A model generated the notes under the pieces. The model saw nothing but the letters and a program-made list of their open reading frames with translations, ran no database searches and was not told the DNA's origin. Both the position numbers and the translations under genes were made by a program. DNA of 64,000 bases from an uncultured cyanobacterium (lineage in GTDB: Bacteria > Cyanobacteriota > Cyanobacteriia > PCC-9006 > JAAUQQ01): positions 5,408,001 through 5,472,000 of the forward strand of contig OY970368.1 of assembly GCA_963718615.1 (NCBI GenBank), given 5' to 3'. Shown piece by piece: positions 58,507-64,000 of the stretch. The stretch's first letter is position 1. Every line of letters begins with the position of its first letter.

Positions 58507-59883
58507 CTAGACCCGACCCCGCAGAATCTGAGCCATTTCGTTTGGCTTCGGTGAGCATTCCAATGCAGTTTCCTCGGTGATCCGACCCTCTTCATAGAGC
58601 TTGTAGAGGGACTGGTTCATCGTACACATGCCGTCAAAGGTACAGCGGGGAACGATTTCCTCGATTTCGTCCACTTCGCCCCGGCGAATGAAGTCGCGAA
58701 TGGCGTCGGTGTTGATCATGATTTCGTGGAAGGCTGCCCGCTTGCCGTCGGTGGTCCGACAGAGACCCTGAGCAATAATGCCTACGAGAGATTCGGCGAA
58801 AGCCAAACGGACTGGCTCTTGCTCCGCTGGATCGTAGAGGCTGAGAATCCGTTCGATGGTTTTAACGGCACTGTTGGTGTGCAGAGTTCCCATAACCAAG
58901 TGTCCGGTTTGGGCGGCTTTGAGCGCGGTGTTGACGGTTTCGCGATCGCGCATTTCCCCAATCAGAATGATATCCGGGTCTTCCCGCAGCGATGCCTTGA
59001 GCGCCGCGTCGAATTTCTTGGTATTGATGCCGACTTCCCGCTGTTTGATCAGCGATCGCTGACTTTTATGCACAAATTCGATCGGGTCTTCGATAGTGAT
59101 AATGTTCTTGGGCATCTCTCTGTTGATGTAGTCCACCATGGCTGCCATGGTTGTGGACTTCCCGGAACCGGTCGGCCCGGTCACCAAAATCAACCCCTTG
59201 TGATAGTGGCAAACATCCCGAAAGACCACGGGCAAATTCAACTGCTCCATGGTCATGATCTTCAGCGGGATTAATCGCATCACCAGGGCATAGCCATGAA
59301 GCGTATCGAAGACGTTGATCCGAACCCGCGCAAATTCGTACTGGGTCGCGCCATCAAAATCGAGTTCCTTTTCAAAACGCTCGATTTCCGCTGGCGTCAT
59401 GATCTCTTCCAGCCAGCACTGGAAGGTTTCCTTGGTGGTTTCTGGGTAGCTCGTGGCAACGATTTGGCCGCGATCGCGAAAGCGCGGCAGTTCTGCCACA
59501 CCCAAGTGAATATCAGACATACCCTTGTCGTAGGCATCTCGCACAATCTGGGCTAGGGTCGGTTGACCCGCAGGCAGCTTGCGCTTTTGGGGAGCCGTTT
59601 GGACCGCAGCGGGCGGTGGGGCAGCGGGACGATGGCCAGGGGTTGCAGCCCGAGCTTGCTGCTGCTGAGCGGCACGCAGTTGAGCGGCCCTTGCCGCCTG
59701 AGCCTGAGCGGCTTGGGCATTGGCGGCTTGGACGGGAGGCACAGAAATCTGTCGGGTTTGCTCTGCGGAGGGCGGAATTCCTGCGGACATTATCGTGCGA
59801 TCGGGCATTTGGCCCGGTGTCCGATTCATCGGGGGAACGCCCGGTTGGGGTGGGGTCATCGATCGATTTTGGCCGTCAGACAT
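58507..59883 (-). CDS. pilT: Type IV pilus retraction ATPase (PilT2-type, Pro/Ala/Gln-rich N-terminus)
   Basis: 'SDIHL', 'GPTGSGKSTT', 'TIEDPIE', 'LREDPD', 'GEMRD', 'TLHTNS'. Confidence 0.93.
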   Translation of the reverse strand: MSDGQNRSMTPPQPGVPPMNRTPGQMPDRTIMSAGIPPSAEQTRQISVPPVQAANAQAAQAQAARAAQLRAAQQQQARAATPGHRPAAPPPAAVQTAPQKRKLPAGQPTLAQIVRDAYDKGMSDIHLGVAELPRFRDRGQIVATSYPETTKETFQCWLEEIMTPAEIERFEKELDFDGATQYEFARVRINVFDTLHGYALVMRLIPLKIMTMEQLNLPVVFRDVCHYHKGLILVTGPTGSGKSTTMAAMVDYINREMPKNIITIEDPIEFVHKSQRSLIKQREVGINTKKFDAALKASLREDPDIILIGEMRDRETVNTALKAAQTGHLVMGTLHTNSAVKTIERILSLYDPAEQEPVRLAFAESLVGIIAQGLCRTTDGKRAAFHEIMINTDAIRDFIRRGEVDEIEEIVPRCTFDGMCTMNQSLYKLYEEGRITEETALECSPKPNEMAQILRGRV

Positions 59884-60202
59884 AGATTTCTCTGGGGTGT
59901 GATTCCTGAAGGGTTGGCTCTTGAGATGGCGCGGATCAACAGGTCTACCGCTTAAAACATAGACAATAACTTGCTATTGTTACGTTTTTGTTACACTATC
60001 CGGTCTCGTAAGCAAAGTCTATGGGGGTTGGGCTCAACCTCCAGGGTGCCCAGATCGGCCCATGACTGAATCACGCCGGTTCTTTAGGTCCGGTTCGACA
60101 GGAGGCAATCTAAGCTGGGAGTCAGTCTGTGACCTTGACCAGTGAGCAGACAAGATAGGAGTTTTTAACTGCGCCGATTGTCCGTAGAATCTGCCATCAA
60201 AA

Positions 60203-61357
60203 TCACCTTAACCCTGCCTGCTGCGCAATCAACCGTTGTACCGCTAACACGGTTCGATTCAACTCATAGGAGCGTCGCTCAGGATGTTGCAAATAGGCTT
60301 GCTGCTCTTCTTCAAGCATGACCACATCTTCACGCACCAATCCATCCAGCATGGTTTGGGCCGCGCCAAATAGACTATCTTTGACAAATCGACGGAAGGC
60401 CACGGGAAGCTTATGCAACCGCCAGAAGGCTTCGAGGGAAACAAAGTGAATCAGGTGGGCACGGGTGTGGGTGGGACCGGTGGGGGCAAACAAACAGTAA
60501 ATCTTGAAATCTTGGCCCAAAAATGAAGTCCAGTTGGGATAGGCGTAGCTGACGTTGAGGGGTTCGGGATGGAGCTGGCGCAGGCTGGGGAAAAACAGTT
60601 GCGCGATCGACCAGATTTTATCAATGCGGTAGAAGCTTTGGGCGGTGTAGAGGGCCGTGACGCGATCGCTCCCCTCCTCCAACTGATCCAACGCCGCCGA
60701 ATCCCAAGCCTGATACCCCCGGTGCAAATGCCCGTGGTACATATCCATGAGGTTTTCGATCAGGAATGAGAAGTGGCACTCGCAATCAAGGGTAGATACC
60801 GTGGCGATGTAGTTGAGGTGGTCCCATTCGGGGATGGCTAGGGGCTGAATGGGTGAGGGAGCGGTGGGTGAGGGAGTGGTGGGTGAGGGAGTGGCGCTGG
60901 CGACGAGAAGGGAGACATCTCCCGGAAAGATCCAAATAAACCCATCCTGTTCACGAACGGGGTAGGACTTGATTTTGCAACTGGGTAGTTTTTGCTGGGG
61001 TTCTAGGTAGGGGACGACAGCGCAGCGGCCCTGGGAATCGAATTGCCAAGCATGGTAGGCGCATTCTAGGTTTTGGCCGATGACGCTACCGTGGCTCAGC
61101 TTGACATTGCGGTGGGGACAGCGGTCTTCGAGGGCGTAGGCTTGGCCCTTAGCATCGCGGTAAAGGACAATGTCGTCCTGCCATAGGGTTAAGGCTAGGG
61201 GCTTTTGGGTCACGGCACTGCTGCGGGCTAGGGCATACCAGTGGTTTTTATTGATGCTAAGGCAACGAATATCTTGGCGTCCCTGCGGGGATTGGGCTGG
61301 GGAGGGGGTGGCGGTCGGAAGGGTTGAGGGGTGAGCGGAGGATGACGCAGGCGGCAT
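60203..61357 (-). CDS. cruH: Rieske non-heme iron oxygenase, probable CruH
   Basis: 'DRCPHR...CAYHAW' Rieske motif, 'ENLMDMYHGHLH' iron site; directly downstream of cruE. Confidence 0.72.
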   Translation of the reverse strand: MPPASSSAHPSTLPTATPSPAQSPQGRQDIRCLSINKNHWYALARSSAVTQKPLALTLWQDDIVLYRDAKGQAYALEDRCPHRNVKLSHGSVIGQNLECAYHAWQFDSQGRCAVVPYLEPQQKLPSCKIKSYPVREQDGFIWIFPGDVSLLVASATPSPTTPSPTAPSPIQPLAIPEWDHLNYIATVSTLDCECHFSFLIENLMDMYHGHLHRGYQAWDSAALDQLEEGSDRVTALYTAQSFYRIDKIWSIAQLFFPSLRQLHPEPLNVSYAYPNWTSFLGQDFKIYCLFAPTGPTHTRAHLIHFVSLEAFWRLHKLPVAFRRFVKDSLFGAAQTMLDGLVREDVVMLEEEQQAYLQHPERRSYELNRTVLAVQRLIAQQAGLR

Positions 61358-61385
61358 GGGAGGGAGTAAGAGAGGGGGGAGTGAT

Positions 61386-61440
61386 GGGGTGGGAAGGGAA
61401 GGGGTGGGAAGGGAAGGGGTGGGAAGGGATGGGGTGGGGG
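61386..61440 (+). repeat. G-rich 15-bp tandem repeat
   Basis: GGGGTGGGAAGGGA(A/T) x3 plus partial, in the cruE-cruH spacer. Confidence 0.9.
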
Positions 61441-61447
61441 TTGGACG

Positions 61448-63397
61448 TTAGGCGGGGACGATGGGGGATAGGACTCCGGCGGGGTTGACGGTGAGTAAGG
61501 GTCGGCGCTGTAAGCCTTCTCGCTGGCAGATTGCGTTGGCGGCTAACAGACCGCTGCTAATGGCCCGTTCCATCAAACCGCAGGGGAATGGCATTTTCAC
61601 CCAGTCTCCAGCAAAGAGCAAGTTGGGTACTGCTGTTGCGGTTTCAGGTCGATTTTTGTAGCTGTTGGGTGGGAAGCCGGAAAAGTTTTTTTGATTGACC
61701 AGTTCCCGGTGCAGGATCTTTGCGCCTTTGAGTTCTGGGACAATCTCATACAGCTCCTGCTCGAAGGTATTGAGTACATCCTTTTGGGTGGGGAATTCCT
61801 TCTCTTTGTAACAGTAGGAATGCAGTTCAACCACGCTGCCTCCGGTGCGTTCGGCCCAGGCTTTGTAGTCGTCCTGAATGCGGTGGTAGAGGGTGATGCT
61901 GTCGGTTAAGCGATAGCCCGAAAGCGACGTGAAATCGCTGTGCTCCCAGTCAAAGGGGCGATCGAGCCAAAATCGACTGACCGCAAAGGGATCGGCGGTG
62001 GCCAGTTGGGCGATTTGGTTGTGGGTTTCTTCGTGGCGATCGCCCTCCGACAACGCAAACAAATTCCGCATCCCCACCACATCCGCCGCAAACACATAGT
62101 AATCGGCCTGGAGGGTTTGTTCAGCAACTGTATTTCCGGTTTCGCTCAGGGCGACGAGTTGGAGGCGATCGCCCTCCTGTTCCAACACCTTAAACCGATC
62201 CAGATTCCGCTGGGCCGGTCCGCCCTGGCGCTGGCCCGCCTCGCTAAACATCGCCCCATGGCAAGGACAAAGGAATGCGCCATCCTCCGCTTTATGGACC
62301 GTACAACCCTGGTGGGTACAGGTGAGAGAAACCGCTTCATCGGTTTTGCCAGGAAGCAGGGCGTAAACATCATCTCCGGCCCCATAGAAGCCTTCACCCA
62401 GACTGGCGTTAGCTTCGACCCAGAACGGCGCGGTCTTGCCGCTGGCCCCTTGCTGGTAGCGCAACTGGGTAATTTCGCCCTTTTCCCAGTCAATGCCGGT
62501 GACGGTGACGTCGGTGAGAATTGTGCCGTTGTGCGCCTGCACCTGATCGGCCACAGGATTGACCAAACTGCGGCCCATGTCTTGGCGAGTGCCCCGGAAT
62601 GCTAAGCCCTCAGGATTGCCAAAAAAGTAAAAATGGAAAAACTGCATCAGTTCGCCGGTACTGAGAACATCCGGTGCATTGAGGCTAGATTTCGCAAATG
62701 GCAAGAAATACAGGTCATAGAGCCCCTTGGGAAACTCGCCATTGACCCAATTGGATACGGGAATATGGTCTAGACGGGCGTAGCTCTTGACCGGATGAAA
62801 GGCCGTAATTTCCTTGAAGACTTCCCAATGTTCGGGCTTGACTAAATTGAGACCCCAGTTAAGACAGTTGGGCGAAGACAGGGCCAAATCAACAATATTC
62901 CAGGGAAAGGCCGAGCGGCTGGGGCGAAACACCTCGGGTTTGTATTCGTCCTTATAGACCACCGCATAGGTGGGCAGGGAGGTGAAATTTTCCTTCGCTG
63001 CCAGCTCATCGACCATGCTCCACAGATTGTAATACTGGGGAAAAAAGCCGTGAAAGCCATGCTCCATGCGCATCGCTTCGCCATTGACCTCAATGTCCCA
63101 ACTGGCAATTTTGCCCCCCAATTGAGGCGATTTTTCTAGGAGCGTCACGTCAAAGCCGCGACGGCTGAGCTCGTAGGAGGCCGCCAAGCCTGCCAATCCG
63201 CCCCCAACCACCGCCACAGTCGCAGGGCGGGCAGCGGCAAAGGGCAAAGTTAATCGGTCCTGGCCATAGATACTCGGTTCAGGCTTAGAAAAGCGAGAAT
63301 AGCCCAGCGCTCCCCCCACGGTCCCAACCCCAAAGAGCTTGAGCAAATTCCGGCGAGAAACGGCTGTGGTCAGCAGTGAGTCGGTCGAGAGCGTCAT
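61448..63397 (-). CDS. cruE: CrtU/CruE-type carotene desaturase/methyltransferase with Rieske insert
   Basis: 'VVGGGLAGL', 'EHGFHGFFPQYYN', 'CTHQGC...CPCHG', 'FAGDWV...GLMERA'. Confidence 0.85.
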   Translation of the reverse strand: MTLSTDSLLTTAVSRRNLLKLFGVGTVGGALGYSRFSKPEPSIYGQDRLTLPFAAARPATVAVVGGGLAGLAASYELSRRGFDVTLLEKSPQLGGKIASWDIEVNGEAMRMEHGFHGFFPQYYNLWSMVDELAAKENFTSLPTYAVVYKDEYKPEVFRPSRSAFPWNIVDLALSSPNCLNWGLNLVKPEHWEVFKEITAFHPVKSYARLDHIPVSNWVNGEFPKGLYDLYFLPFAKSSLNAPDVLSTGELMQFFHFYFFGNPEGLAFRGTRQDMGRSLVNPVADQVQAHNGTILTDVTVTGIDWEKGEITQLRYQQGASGKTAPFWVEANASLGEGFYGAGDDVYALLPGKTDEAVSLTCTHQGCTVHKAEDGAFLCPCHGAMFSEAGQRQGGPAQRNLDRFKVLEQEGDRLQLVALSETGNTVAEQTLQADYYVFAADVVGMRNLFALSEGDRHEETHNQIAQLATADPFAVSRFWLDRPFDWEHSDFTSLSGYRLTDSITLYHRIQDDYKAWAERTGGSVVELHSYCYKEKEFPTQKDVLNTFEQELYEIVPELKGAKILHRELVNQKNFSGFPPNSYKNRPETATAVPNLLFAGDWVKMPFPCGLMERAISSGLLAANAICQREGLQRRPLLTVNPAGVLSPIVPA

Positions 63398-63659
63398 GTA
63401 TTACTTGGAAAAAGAAAAATTTATCCCTGGCAGTTTATACAAAAGTTTACTCTCTCAGAAAATTATTGAGATGGGGAAGATTGCGAGAGTTGTCAGGCAA
63501 TAAATGCAGAGAAATCTGCCTGACAACCCGGAAATTCTGTATTCCAACAGACTCTACACTTCAGCCTCGTCTAAGTGTTAATACGCAGGCAATGCTTCCG
63601 GACCCCAGGATTGACCTGATTTCCACCCGAGAACTTGCGGAGAACTTGCGGAGCGATCG

Positions 63660-64000
63660 CTAACGCAGTTTTTCAGGTACTTTCTGAACGAGCACAAGAC
63701 CCAATCGCCCCTGCTCAATGGCGTCGGCGTAGCTGCTGCTGAGATAGAAGGCTGCACCGGGCTGATTTTCGAGATAGGTCCTAAAAAAGGCCAGACTGAG
63801 CGCCTTGACATACCGTTGGGCCACGGGCAAGTCAGGACCTGTAATTGTCGGAGGCAGGGGAATTTCACCTTCGGCGATCGTCGAGAAATGGGTTCCCCCA
63901 ATCATCAGCGCGAGATAGCGATCGGGACCTTCCAAGCCCTTAAAGGGACGCAGCTGTTCCAGCAAAGCCGGAGCCACGGTGTCGGAATCACTCGCCATGA
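63660..64000 (-). CDS. Alpha/beta hydrolase, C-terminal part (runs off window end)
   Basis: 'SDSDTVAPALLEQLRPF...YLALMIGGTHFS...LSLAFFRTYL'. Confidence 0.8.
   Translation of the reverse strand, partial: MASDSDTVAPALLEQLRPFKGLEGPDRYLALMIGGTHFSTIAEGEIPLPPTITGPDLPVAQRYVKALSLAFFRTYLENQPGAAFYLSSSYADAIEQGRLGLVLVQKVPEKLR

Overview
Cyanobacterial chromosomal window, judged from dense HIP1 GCGATCGC octamers, ycf35, Tic22 and cruE/cruH. Most of it is housekeeping: srrA-like regulator, rimM, argB, frr-pyrH, selD fusion, ilvA, cpdA, smpB, thioredoxin, glk, tRNA-Pro(TGG), prmC, tsaC, pilT and carotenoid genes. Accessory DNA lies at 1-1.8 kb (toxin-antitoxin debris), ~33.7-46.1 kb (AT-richer island) and ~48.5-51.4 kb (stress genes and eroded pseudogenes). 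The island holds the two best candidates for an undescribed system. (i) A Cys-free 111-aa double-glycine-leader precursor, a stem-loop and a radical SAM/SPASM-twitch enzyme (putative RiPP). (ii) A ~260-bp non-coding element present twice, each copy upstream of a different beta-propeller repeat protein (FG-GAP/RTX lectin-like; trypsin plus 7x36-aa repeats), with a conserved 20-bp-period direct repeat and a divergent LuxR-type regulator next to one copy. The island also has two TA pairs and a ~90-bp MITE nested in a sister copy with a 5-bp target duplication. Family assignments come from motif recognition only; no searches were run.
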